Source of the DNA: Bacteroidota bacterium
GTDB lineage: Bacteria > Bacteroidota > Bacteroidia > UKL13-3
Reading direction: 5' to 3'
Length of the DNA: 64,000 nucleotides
Assembly: GCA_947456185.1 (NCBI GenBank)
Contig: CANGPW010000001.1
Location: forward strand, 17,884 to 81,883
Below are positions 40,252 to 49,926 of the stretch, piece after piece; within the stretch, counting starts at the first letter, position 1, and the number at the start of each line of letters is the position of its first letter. Under the pieces are notes generated by a model. That model had not been told where the DNA came from and did no database searches. It worked only from the letters and a program-made list of their open reading frames with translations. A program made the translations under genes and the position numbers.

Positions 40252-41643
40252 TTAATGTTCGTGATTGGCGTGATGAGCATGGTTATGCTCTTCTACTATT
40301 TTCATAAACTCTTCTTTACTTACTTCTTTTTCTTCAATGGTAATCATGCTTTTTACTGCAGCATTTACCTTCATTTTTACAGCCGAATTAATCATTTTAC
40401 TTCTGTAATCTTCTTTCTTTAAACTTGGCTCTATTAATTGATTAATTAAATCTTCGTTTAGCCCACTCATTGAATAACCACCAAACATTTGCTTGGTATA
40501 TTCAACAGCTGCAGCTCTAATATCGGCTTCTTCAATTTTAATTTCATTGGCAGTCATTATTTTTTCTTCTACCAAATGATTTTTCAAATAATTAGCTTCA
40601 GGTAAATAAGCAGTTTCTATGTTTTCGGTATTAAACTTATCAGCATATCTGTCCATTAACCAACGTTTTAAAAATTCGTCTGGTAATGTTACGTTGTGCT
40701 TAGCTACTAAAGTATCCATCATGTTATGTTCTAACAAATGATCTGCTTGGCCAGTATAAAAACCTTTGATATCTTCACTAATTTTAGCTCTTAAATCAGC
40801 TTCATTAGTAATATTTCCTGGTCCGTAAGCAGCATCAAATAATTCTTGGTCAATGGCACCTTCGGTATTGCGTTTAATATCTACTACTTCAAAACTAAAG
40901 TTAGGATTTAAGTCGGCTACACCTACTTTAGCCACACCCAAAGCATGACTCATTTCTTGCTCATCGTTATTGAATAAAGTAAAAATATTAACAGTTGATT
41001 TTGCACCTTTGCTTATTCCTGTAAGCAATGCTTTTGCATCAGCATTGCTTACTACCGATAATAACATAGGAACGTTATCGGCTTTTACGCCACCTTCTAA
41101 TTCAGTTTTATCGTCAGCAAGTTCTACTAAGTTTAAATAAACCATGTCATTGTCTTGCTCTGCAATGCTTACTTCTTCTAATTTTCCAAAACGCTTACGC
41201 ATTCTTCCAATTTCTTCTGTTACTTCTTCATCATTAACGCTCACCGTATAGCGAGTAAATACATCGCTTTTACCAATGTTTAAATCAAACTCAGGAGCAA
41301 CTCCCAAATCAAAATTAAAATTATAATCAATGCCTTTTTCTATTTTTTCTACCAAAGTATCTTGGTTTAAAACAGGCTCACCTAATAAATTTACTTTATT
41401 GTCGGTAATGTAATTATGCAATGCGTTAGATGCTAAAGCATTTATTTCTTCTAATAAAATATTGTTTCCAACTTGTTTTTCAATCATTCCCATAGGCGCA
41501 GTTCCTGGTCTGAATCCGGGTATGTTTACTTTTTTTCTATAGTCTTTTAATTTTTTGTCATAATTAGGCATGTAATCAGTGCTGCCTATTTGTATGGAGA
41601 TGGTGCCATTTAAAGCATCTTTTTTATCAAATGTTACGTTCAT
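40252..41643 (-). CDS. tig: Trigger factor
   Basis: MNVTFDKKDALNGTISIQIG...; ribosome-binding GFRPGTAPMGMIEKQ; PPIase-type middle domain; His-rich C-terminus. Confidence 0.9.
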   Translation of the reverse strand: MNVTFDKKDALNGTISIQIGSTDYMPNYDKKLKDYRKKVNIPGFRPGTAPMGMIEKQVGNNILLEEINALASNALHNYITDNKVNLLGEPVLNQDTLVEKIEKGIDYNFNFDLGVAPEFDLNIGKSDVFTRYTVSVNDEEVTEEIGRMRKRFGKLEEVSIAEQDNDMVYLNLVELADDKTELEGGVKADNVPMLLSVVSNADAKALLTGISKGAKSTVNIFTLFNNDEQEMSHALGVAKVGVADLNPNFSFEVVDIKRNTEGAIDQELFDAAYGPGNITNEADLRAKISEDIKGFYTGQADHLLEHNMMDTLVAKHNVTLPDEFLKRWLMDRYADKFNTENIETAYLPEANYLKNHLVEEKIMTANEIKIEEADIRAAAVEYTKQMFGGYSMSGLNEDLINQLIEPSLKKEDYRSKMINSAVKMKVNAAVKSMITIEEKEVSKEEFMKIVEEHNHAHHANHEH

Positions 41644-41679
41644 TGTATTTGTTTTATTCTTTTTTTATACTTTATCATT

Positions 41680-41714
41680 AAAAAAAATAAGACTGAAATA
41701 TTATTTCCAGTCTT
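41680..41714 (-). terminator. Rho-independent terminator following tRNA-Leu (minus strand)
   Basis: Minus strand: aagactgg-aaataatatttc-agtctt followed by atttttttt. Confidence 0.65.
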
Positions 41715-41730
41715 ATTTCATTTTCTTCAG

Positions 41731-41812
41731 TGCGGATGAAGGGACTCGAACCCCCACGTCTCTCAACACCAGATCCTAAGTCTGGCGCGGCTACCAATTA
41801 CGCCACATCCGC
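41731..41812 (-). tRNA. tRNA-Leu (anticodon TAG), type II
   Basis: Reverse complement GCGGATGTGGCGTAATTGGTAGCCGCGCCAGACTTAGGATCTGG...GGGGGTTCGAGTCCCTTCATCCGCA; close to E. coli tRNA-Leu(UAG). Confidence 0.9.
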
Positions 41813-41823
41813 AAAAAGGACTG

Positions 41824-41860
41824 CAAATGTAAATTTTAACGTAACAAATACAACAGTTAT
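41824..41860 (-). promoter_or_regulatory. Putative promoter of tRNA-Leu with a -7 TAcaTTTG box
   Basis: Minus strand ...ttacatttgcagtcctttttGCGGATG; the same -7 octamer as the tRNA-Ser promoter. Confidence 0.45.
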
Positions 41861-42412
41861 TTTCTTATTTTTTGTCATATCGTTTTAGCTAAGCATTTGG
41901 CGCTGTTTCATAATATGGAATTGCTTGCTGGTACTTGGTGTTCTCAGCAACCAATACTTTTAACTGTTAGTTGAAAATTCAGACCAAAGGACAATTAACT
42001 TTCCAAAACATTAAACCAGTAAAGTGTAAAATAAGTTAAAAGAAATTTTTACGGTAAAATGTATCATATGTTTAAAAAAAACAAATTTTAATTAAATTTC
42101 ATGTTATTTAAATAATAAATATTAAAATTTAAAATAAAACTAAAAAACTTATTACACTAAATTACAAGTATTTAAAATAAATATAACAGCAATTATTTTT
42201 TTAAAAGCACAAATATATAACAAAGTATAAAAATAAGATTAGGAAATATGTACTTATAATATACTTTTGTTTTAATAAGTATAAAAATAATTCATTAATA
42301 AAAAATAAAACCTAGCACGTAAAAGCTTTATCCATCTAAAAAAGGAAAGATACGTCTGGTAAATTCAAGGGTAAATATAAGATAAAATATAACAAATACA
42401 TTGAAACCGAAT

Positions 42413-43030
42413 ATGAAAATACTAACACTTTTATTTTTTATATCAGGATGTTGTCAGTTAAAATACGACAGCAAAGATTTTTTATTTAATGAAAATGAAT
42501 TGAGTTTTTTTAAAGCATATAAAGCGGGTGACACCATTTATTTTGAAAATCAATTTGGGAATATTGACACAATAGAAATAATTGAAATTACTCCTACAAA
42601 TGCTGAACCTAGAACTGCTTGTAGTGATGGAATTTTCATAAATCCAAAACCAACAAACTCAAAAGAAATAACCATTAAACATTTACCAATTGACAAGTGG
42701 CAGGGAGTAAATGAACAACATTATAATAACGGAAAAGTAAAAAAGTCAGACAACTATCAAACATTATTTTCAACAACAAAATTTTTAGTTGAAAAAGAAG
42801 TGGTTACAGAAATATCATTTAAAGACTTTCATTCAAGTTTATCACTAAATTCTATTTTCAATGACACCTTGACACTTAATAACAAAAAGTGGACTGCTTA
42901 TTTTATTGCAGCACATTCCTATCCAGAAAGAGTAAATGAAACATGGAAAATTAGCAAAGCATATTGGACGATAAATGAAGGTTTAATTGGATACGAAACA
43001 AAAGGCGGTCAAATATGGACAAAGAAATAA
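42413..43030 (+). CDS. Hypothetical lipoprotein
   Basis: MKILTLLFFISGCCQ lipobox; first gene after the AT-rich tract next to tRNA-Leu. Confidence 0.45.
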   Translation: MKILTLLFFISGCCQLKYDSKDFLFNENELSFFKAYKAGDTIYFENQFGNIDTIEIIEITPTNAEPRTACSDGIFINPKPTNSKEITIKHLPIDKWQGVNEQHYNNGKVKKSDNYQTLFSTTKFLVEKEVVTEISFKDFHSSLSLNSIFNDTLTLNNKKWTAYFIAAHSYPERVNETWKISKAYWTINEGLIGYETKGGQIWTKK

Positions 43031-43627
43031 AAGAACTATAAGAAAATAAGCACAAACACCTAACACAGATTTGCGAAAAATGACGATGAAAAAGCTGAAA
43101 TATAAAAATACCTGATTTAACAAGTTTTGCAATTTGGGCTCAGTGTTATAATAATCCCGATTTTATCGGGATTATGCCAAAAAAAGGCCTTATGAACCCC
43201 AAATTGAGAAAAAAAGGAAGCTGAAAAGTGAATTTTACACGTTAAAGCACATAACGTATTTTAAAAAATAATACCTTTACCAATCAGGCTTATCTCTCTA
43301 AAAATGGATAGGTATGACTGATAAAATCAGGGGTATATTTAAGTTATAGGCAATGTTGGACGACCGCTGAAGACGACAGTTTATAAAGTCATCGGTGGAC
43401 TGTCCATTACTCGACATCGAATTGACTTTGTGCAAAATTTGCAAGATTGCAACTTTTTACAAACTTTGTGCCGGTGGACAATCCTTCGCTGACTTTTAGA
43501 AAAAAATAATTGAACAGACAATCACCTAACAGAACCATATAACATTTCACGGGACAATGACACCAAAGCAAGTTGAACTGCCCGTCCTAAAATAGGTTGA
43601 CTAAAAATTAAACACATTTAGACAAAT

Positions 43628-44134
43628 ATGTATAGACAAATTGAAACAGAACGACTTTTAATAAGACCGATAAAAATTACTGATACGAGTTTTATCCTTG
43701 ACTTGTTAAACTCAGATGGTTGGTTGCAGTTTATAGGTGACAGAAAAGTTAAAAACGTTGTAGACGCTGAAAAATATATTCAAAACATTCTCGACAACGA
43801 GAAATTCTATTACAGTGTCTTTGAGCTTAAGGAAAGCAAACAAAAAGTTGGTATTATAACGTTTCTTTATCGAGACAACCAACAATTTCCCGACATTGGA
43901 TTTGCAATGCTACCAGAATTTGACAAAAAAGGTTACGCAATTGAAGCAACTAAGAAATATTTAGAAGAAATTGCAAATGAGAAAAAAGTAAATAAAGTCA
44001 TTGCGATAACTCTACCAGACAACTCAAAATCAATAAGACTTATAGAACGACTTGGACTTAAGTACGAGGACGAAATCCAAGACAACTCAAAAATTTTATA
44101 TTTATATTCGCGGACACTTTTTTACAATGAATAG
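43628..44134 (+). CDS. GNAT-family N-acetyltransferase (RimJ/RimL-like)
   Basis: ERLLIRPIKITDTSFILDLLN ... GIITFLYRD ... DKKGYAIEATKKYLEEI (acetyl-CoA binding motif A). Confidence 0.7.
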   Translation: MYRQIETERLLIRPIKITDTSFILDLLNSDGWLQFIGDRKVKNVVDAEKYIQNILDNEKFYYSVFELKESKQKVGIITFLYRDNQQFPDIGFAMLPEFDKKGYAIEATKKYLEEIANEKKVNKVIAITLPDNSKSIRLIERLGLKYEDEIQDNSKILYLYSRTLFYNE

Positions 44135-44367
44135 AAAGACAAGAAACACAGCCTATAACAGTACATTGGCAATAGGCGGGGTTTCGTCTCCGCTTGACAG
44201 TTTTGTGGTAGCAGAAAGTTCAGGTCTCCGAACAAACTTCTGTGCTGAAAAGCCCGCCCATCGCCAATCTGCAAAACGTTAAAAGGAACACGCCAAATGC
44301 GTGCGCTAACCATGGGGACAAACCCTTATTAAAAGCAATCCTAATTCAACAATTAAAAAATGCATAA

Positions 44368-45636
44368 ATGAAAAAACAGCTAATAATCACATTGCTATCA
44401 ATCATTTTATTTTCAATAAAAAATGAGGCTGATGCTCAAACACCTTTTGGAGTTAATTTAGCTGGGGCTGATTTTGGGACTAATTTTCCTGGAACCAATA
44501 ATGTTGATTACACTTATCCTACCAGTATAGAATTAGATTACTATCATACCAAAGGATTAAATTTAATTAGATTACCAATTAAGTGGGAAAGAATTCAGCC
44601 TGTTTTAAATGGTAATATAAATGAATCTGAATTATTAAGAATAAAAAATTTCTTGTTATTGGCACAAAATCGAAATATGAATGTAATAATTGACCTTCAT
44701 AATTATTGCAGATATCATACAAATGGAACAGACAGAATTATAGGGTCGAATGAATTAAGTATTGCTAACATCAAAAATTTATGGACAAAACTATCATTAG
44801 CATTAAATAACTATACTAATATTTGGGCTTATGGTATCATGAACGAACCCCATGATTTATTAGTAAATGCAACGTGGTTCGAAATTGCTCAAGAAATTAT
44901 TAATGGTATTAGAATAAACGATCTTAAAACAAGCATATTGGTAGCTGGAGATAGTTATAGTTCGGCCGAACGTTGGATGCAATATAGCAATAATTTAAAA
45001 AACCTTTCCGACCCCTCCAACAAACTAATTTTTGAAGCTCATGTATATTTTGATCAAGACGCCTCAGGTTTATATGTTAATAATTATGAAAATGAAGGGG
45101 CTTATCCAAATATTGGAATTGATAGAGTAAAACCTTTTGTAAACTGGCTTTCCATCAATAATCTTAATGGTTTTATTGGAGAATATGGCGTACCAGCAAA
45201 CGATAGCCGTTGGTTAGTAGTGCTCAATAATTTCTTAAGTTATATAAAAGCAAATTGTATTAATGGCACCTATTGGGCAGGCGGTCCTTGGTGGGGTAAT
45301 TATATACTTTCTTTAGAACCTGCACTTGGTTTAGATAAACCACAAATGAATACTTTGCTTAATCACCTTAATACAAACGCAAGTTGTACTGCTTTAAATA
45401 TTAAAGATGAAACCCTTCCTTTGAATCATTATCATTTTTCACCAAACCCTTTCCTTGACCTTATAAATATAAGCGGAATTGAGGAAGGTGAAAGTATAAA
45501 TATTTATGATACTAATGGTTCATTTATGAATACTCGAAAAGTGATTAATGCTAGAATTGAAAATCTAGGAGATTTAAAATCAGGCGTATATTTGCTTAAA
45601 TATAAAGGTTTCCTAATTTCTAAAATGATTAAATAA
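44368..45636 (+). CDS. Glycoside hydrolase family 5 (beta-1,4-glucanase-type) with T9SS C-terminal sorting domain
   Basis: Signal peptide; GVNLAGADFG, LIRLPIKWERIQP, acid/base IMNEPHD, nucleophile IGEYGVP; C-terminal FSPNPFLDLINISG...GVYLLKYKGFLISKMIK. Confidence 0.8.
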   Translation: MKKQLIITLLSIILFSIKNEADAQTPFGVNLAGADFGTNFPGTNNVDYTYPTSIELDYYHTKGLNLIRLPIKWERIQPVLNGNINESELLRIKNFLLLAQNRNMNVIIDLHNYCRYHTNGTDRIIGSNELSIANIKNLWTKLSLALNNYTNIWAYGIMNEPHDLLVNATWFEIAQEIINGIRINDLKTSILVAGDSYSSAERWMQYSNNLKNLSDPSNKLIFEAHVYFDQDASGLYVNNYENEGAYPNIGIDRVKPFVNWLSINNLNGFIGEYGVPANDSRWLVVLNNFLSYIKANCINGTYWAGGPWWGNYILSLEPALGLDKPQMNTLLNHLNTNASCTALNIKDETLPLNHYHFSPNPFLDLINISGIEEGESINIYDTNGSFMNTRKVINARIENLGDLKSGVYLLKYKGFLISKMIK

Positions 45637-45656
45637 AAAACTTAAAAAAATAAAAC

Positions 45657-47255
45657 ATGCGCACAACCATTTTATTTTTACTTTTATTCTTTTGTGTCAA
45701 ATTATTTGCTCAAAACCAGATTTCACAAGACAATTTTGAAGGAACCAGCAGTATTACTTCTTGGTTTGGTGATAATTGTATGATAGACACTAGTTTCACC
45801 AACCCTTATCCAATTGCAATGAACACCTCTGCTAAAGTTTTAAAATATGCAGATGTTGGCGAACTGTTTGCTAATGTTCGCTTTGATGCTGGATTCAATT
45901 TTAATTTATTAACAAGTAGTGTGTTTTCCTTAAAAATTTATGTGCCTTCTGATGGAATTACTGGAAACCAAAACAATCAAATTTCCTTAAAGCTTCAAAA
46001 TGGTTCTTTAGTTGAACCTTGGTCAACTCAGTGTGAAATTATTAAGCCCATACTTTTGAACCAATGGCAAACCATTACATTTAATTTTGCGAAAGATCCT
46101 TTTATTAATTTAGATCCCAATTCCCTCAATCCACTAAATAGATGGGATTTTAGCCGAGTTCTAATTCAAGTAAATGGAGAAAATAATAACTCAAATGTGC
46201 TAGCATACATTGATGATTTTTTATATGTTGGAGCAAATACTACTTGTAACAAATTGGTTTGGAGCGATGAATTTGACGGAAATGGAGTTGTAAATAGTTC
46301 AAAATGGTTTCATCAAACACAACTACCCAATGGAATTAGTTGGTACAATAATGAATTACAACATTATACAAATAGTGCAATTAATTCGTATCGAAATAAT
46401 GGAATTTTAAATATTGTAGCTAAAAGAGAAGAATTTACAAATCAAGGACAAACAAAACAATATACCTCTGCTAGATTAAATTCGAAATTTGCTTTTAAAT
46501 ACGGACGAGTAGAAGTGCGTGCTAAATTACCTACAGGAGCTGGAACATGGCCCGCCATATGGATGCTTGGTAAAAACATTAAAGAACCAGGTGGTTTTTG
46601 GACTAGTAAATATGGAACAGTAAATTGGCCTGCATGCGGAGAAATAGATATTATGGAACATTGGGGAAGCAATCAAAATGTGATCTCTAGTGCGGTGCAT
46701 CATCCTATAGATGGAGATTTATCCATTGGTGAATACATAGCAAATGAACAATACAAGTCAAATGTTTCTAACGAATTTAATATTTATGCTGTTGAATGGA
46801 ATGAACAAAGTATCACATTTAGTGTGAATGGAATTAACCATTTAAGTTATAATCCTATTATTAAAAACGAATACACCTGGCCTTTTGATGCCGAACAATA
46901 CCTGCTTTTAAATGTGGCAATTGAACCAAGAGTAACAATAAATTTTGCAGAATCAACTATGGAAATTGATTATGTAAGAGTTTACCAACAAAATGTATTG
47001 AACGTTGTTAACCAATCTAATTTCTCTAAAATTAAATTATTTCCAAATCCTGTTACCAACAAATTAACCATAGAACGCAATGAAAATTCAAACGCTACAG
47101 CCGAAATATATTCATTATTGGGGCAAAAATTATATACCTGTATTTTAAAAGAAGAAAATACAAATATTGATTTAGCAGATTTTCAAAACGGAATTTATTT
47201 TGTTTTAATCACATCCGAAAAAGGAATAAATACCTATAAAATAGTTAAAAAATAA
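45657..47255 (+). CDS. Glycoside hydrolase family 16 (laminarinase / beta-1,3(4)-glucanase type) with N-terminal carbohydrate-binding-like domain and T9SS C-terminal domain
   Basis: GH16 catalytic ExDxxE GEIDIMEHWG; WSDEFDG; C-terminal KLFPNPVTNKLTIE...GIYFVLITSEKGINTYKIVKK. Confidence 0.8.
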   Translation: MRTTILFLLLFFCVKLFAQNQISQDNFEGTSSITSWFGDNCMIDTSFTNPYPIAMNTSAKVLKYADVGELFANVRFDAGFNFNLLTSSVFSLKIYVPSDGITGNQNNQISLKLQNGSLVEPWSTQCEIIKPILLNQWQTITFNFAKDPFINLDPNSLNPLNRWDFSRVLIQVNGENNNSNVLAYIDDFLYVGANTTCNKLVWSDEFDGNGVVNSSKWFHQTQLPNGISWYNNELQHYTNSAINSYRNNGILNIVAKREEFTNQGQTKQYTSARLNSKFAFKYGRVEVRAKLPTGAGTWPAIWMLGKNIKEPGGFWTSKYGTVNWPACGEIDIMEHWGSNQNVISSAVHHPIDGDLSIGEYIANEQYKSNVSNEFNIYAVEWNEQSITFSVNGINHLSYNPIIKNEYTWPFDAEQYLLLNVAIEPRVTINFAESTMEIDYVRVYQQNVLNVVNQSNFSKIKLFPNPVTNKLTIERNENSNATAEIYSLLGQKLYTCILKEENTNIDLADFQNGIYFVLITSEKGINTYKIVKK

Positions 47256-47476
47256 TAGCTTATTCATGCTAACATCAAGCGCTTAAATAATCCCTGCTAG
47301 CGCAGGAGCAAAACCTAAAACGCTGGTTCACATCCGAAAGCTTTCGGACTGTGTAGTGGACAAACCAACTAAAGTCAAAAAAATTAGTTATGAAGTAAAT
47401 TAATTTCTTGTAGTTATTGCAAAACCTTTATTATGTTTTGTTAACATCACACGCCAAATGCGTTCGCTAGCCTTGA

Positions 47477-47610
47477 GCGTTGGCCTGGTGTAGCTTCGTT
47501 CACTGAGCCTGTTGAAGTGTTGTCTAGTCCCGACACATCGGGATTGCATACTTTTTCAGCAATGGAAAAAGTATGAAGAGAAAAAGGAGAATGATTGATG
47601 TTTTTAAAAT
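47477..47610. repeat. Interspersed structured repeat module R1, copy a
   Basis: About 85% identical to 49927-50052; core gtgtagcttcgttcactgagcc ... tttttcagcaatggaaaa.gtatgaagagaaaaaggagaatgattgat; internal hairpin tcccg-acacat-cggga. Confidence 0.85.
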
Positions 47611-47623
47611 ATATATCAATGAT

Positions 47624-47663
47624 GGTTATAAGGAAAGAAGATGCCTGCGGCATGACGATTGTT
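47624..47663. repeat. Repeat module R2, copy a; partial copy at 47789-47805
   Basis: ggttataaggaaagaagatgcctgcggcatgacgattgtt; hairpin atgcc-tgc-ggcat. Confidence 0.8.
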
Positions 47664-47889
47664 GATGTTAGTATTTTTCATACTCCATACTTTATACTTT
47701 CCCGATGTGTCGGGACATCATGCTTAAAAAATTACGTGTCTGGATTCGGCAGGCTCACCATGACAAAGAAAATATAAAACTCTATGATGCTTATAAGGAA
47801 AGAAGACTGTGTCAGTTTACCAACTGATGCCTACGGCTTGGCTTATTTTGGTGTTTTTTTTGGCTGCTGGTAAATGGCTGTTTGTATTT

Positions 47890-47947
47890 TAGTATTTCGA
47901 TATTTGAATTTCGAATTTAATTTTTTCATACTTCATACTTTATCATT
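47890..47947. repeat. Repeat module R3, copy a
   Basis: tagtatttcgatatttgaatttcgaatttaattttttcatacttcatactttatcatt, about 85% identical to 52335-52390. Confidence 0.8.
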
Positions 47948-48084
47948 CATTCATGAGATTGCTTTCCCGCTTAGGCTGGATAGGCAGAGCCTCGCAATGA
48001 CGTTTGTTGTTTTCACCGAACACTTGCAAGAAAACATAAAGTTTGTATCAGAAAATTAGAAAATAAAAACGCTAATTTTGTCCA

Positions 48085-48564
48085 ATGGGAAAATCAAATT
48101 TTGAACGCATGTTGGAATTGGCCGAAGAGGTGTTTGCAAGTAAAAATGATCCGAATCAATTGGATGTGAATGAAGAGGTGATGGAACAATTGCAGCGCAT
48201 TCATCCCGAAAGCATTGCAGAATTTGATAATGGACATGGTCCCATTTGCTGGATTATACAAATTCCTACTACCCGCCAACTCATGGAACAATTTTTAGCC
48301 AATGAAATATCCGAAAAACAGCTTTTTGAATTAACACCTTTAAATGTTCCTTATCAGGCGGTTTATTTATGTTCGGGCATGGTGTTAGAAGAATTCCGAA
48401 GAAAAGGAATTGCTAAAAAATTGGCCTTCGATGCACTTTCAAAAATCCGCGAATCACATCCCATTGAATCACTTTTTGTATGGGCATTTACCCAAGATGG
48501 TGATATAGCTTCTGAATCGTTGGCCAAACTCAGTGGATTGTCTTTGTTTAAAAAAGTGGGTTAG
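48085..48564 (+). CDS. Hypothetical protein with a GNAT-like acyl-CoA binding motif
   Basis: VYLCSGMVLEEFRRKGIAKKLAFDA (motif-A-like R/Q-x-x-G-x-A); 159 aa. Confidence 0.45.
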   Translation: MGKSNFERMLELAEEVFASKNDPNQLDVNEEVMEQLQRIHPESIAEFDNGHGPICWIIQIPTTRQLMEQFLANEISEKQLFELTPLNVPYQAVYLCSGMVLEEFRRKGIAKKLAFDALSKIRESHPIESLFVWAFTQDGDIASESLAKLSGLSLFKKVG

Positions 48565-48620
48565 CTTTTTTGAAAAGAAAATACATAGACAATGTTTCAA
48601 ATACAAAAATTATATATGCA

Positions 48621-49622
48621 ATGTCAATACAACAAAACAATTCCAACGTTCCTGTTTTAAATTCATTACGAGCCTTTGCCGCCATTTCTGTTTGTCTCTT
48701 TCACTTTGTTTATACCACAACAGATTTCATACATACTACATGGATTTTAAATATTTTTAGCGTTGGAAAATATGGTGTTCAAATGTTTTTTGTCATTTCA
48801 GGTTTTATTATTCCTTGGTCTATGTATCAAGCAAAATTTGAAATACGACATTTTTTCAAATTTGCATTGAAACGATTTTTAAGATTAGAGCCACCCTATA
48901 TTGCCTCTATATTCATTGCAATTGTTATTTTTTTAGGACGCGATTATTTTTTGAATCTCAACAATTTTAAGACAGAAGTAACCTCACCCCGAATCTTGTT
49001 ACACTTTGGCTACCTGATACCTTTTTTTGAAAATTACAATTGGTTTAACAAAGTATATTGGACTTTAGCAATCGAATTTCAATACTATTTCTTTATCGCT
49101 TTATTGTTTGTTCCACTTATTAATTCAAATCTTCTTTTAAGAATAATTATTGGTATAAGTGTTATTGCTTTGAGTTTTATAGGACAGGGAGATTTTTTGC
49201 CATACTGGTTACCTGTTTTTTATATTGGCATTACAGTTTTTATGTTTAAAGGTAACAAATCAATTACCCAATATGAATTTTGGATTACATTGTTCCTGCT
49301 AGTATTTTTTTGCATATATAAATATGCTTTTGCTTCGGTTGTTTATATGATTATTCCAGTAATAGCAATTGTGTTTTTTAATCAATATAAAATTCCTGTT
49401 TTAAATTTTTTTGGTAAAATTTCGTATTCAATTTATATAATAGGCGGCACTATTGGCGGCACTTGTGTTAACATTTTAGCTCACAGTAATAAAACAGACT
49501 TAGGTAAATTCTTTGTTATTATTGCAGGTCTTACCATTACTTTAATTTCGGCTCATATTTCATACTTTTTAATTGAAAAACCTTCAAAAAAAATAGCTTC
49601 ATCTATCAAGTATAAAAAATAA
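48621..49622 (+). CDS. Acyltransferase family 3 (OafA-like) membrane protein
   Basis: NVPVLNSLRAFAAISVCLFHF N-terminal signature; about 10 TM helices; ATG at 48621 preferred over the TTG at 48570. Confidence 0.7.
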   Translation: MSIQQNNSNVPVLNSLRAFAAISVCLFHFVYTTTDFIHTTWILNIFSVGKYGVQMFFVISGFIIPWSMYQAKFEIRHFFKFALKRFLRLEPPYIASIFIAIVIFLGRDYFLNLNNFKTEVTSPRILLHFGYLIPFFENYNWFNKVYWTLAIEFQYYFFIALLFVPLINSNLLLRIIIGISVIALSFIGQGDFLPYWLPVFYIGITVFMFKGNKSITQYEFWITLFLLVFFCIYKYAFASVVYMIIPVIAIVFFNQYKIPVLNFFGKISYSIYIIGGTIGGTCVNILAHSNKTDLGKFFVIIAGLTITLISAHISYFLIEKPSKKIASSIKYKK

Positions 49623-49926
49623 AATACACGATAAATATATAGAAAATAAAAATTTTGTCCGTGATTGGTGTCCTCACCAAACTACAACTATGGTTTACAT
49701 GTTCGTTGAAAACACCGACTATAGGCAAATATTAATAGCAATTGTCTGAGGTGTAACTGCTCCCTCCCTATTAAGGGAGGGATGGGGTGGGTGTTATTAA
49801 AACACCTCCCCGAAAGCTTTTGCTTTCGACTCTCCTTAATAGGAGGGTGTTCATTGCCTATAAGTTCGAGCGGAGTCGAGAACCTTTTAGTTGGTTTAGG
49901 CGAAAATAAACACTTGTTATTTGGCG

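Noticed and set aside
41579-41779. ORF 41579..41779 (+) overlapping tRNA-Leu and its terminator
   Set aside because: It is antisense to a well-formed tRNA-Leu(TAG), so it is spurious.
44135-44340. Possible SRP (4.5S) RNA because of gttcaggtctccgaacaaacttctg
   Set aside because: The conserved SRP domain-IV sequence GGUCCGGAAGGAAGCAGC and the GNRA tetraloop are not present. The location is an accessory spacer, so this is not an SRP RNA.
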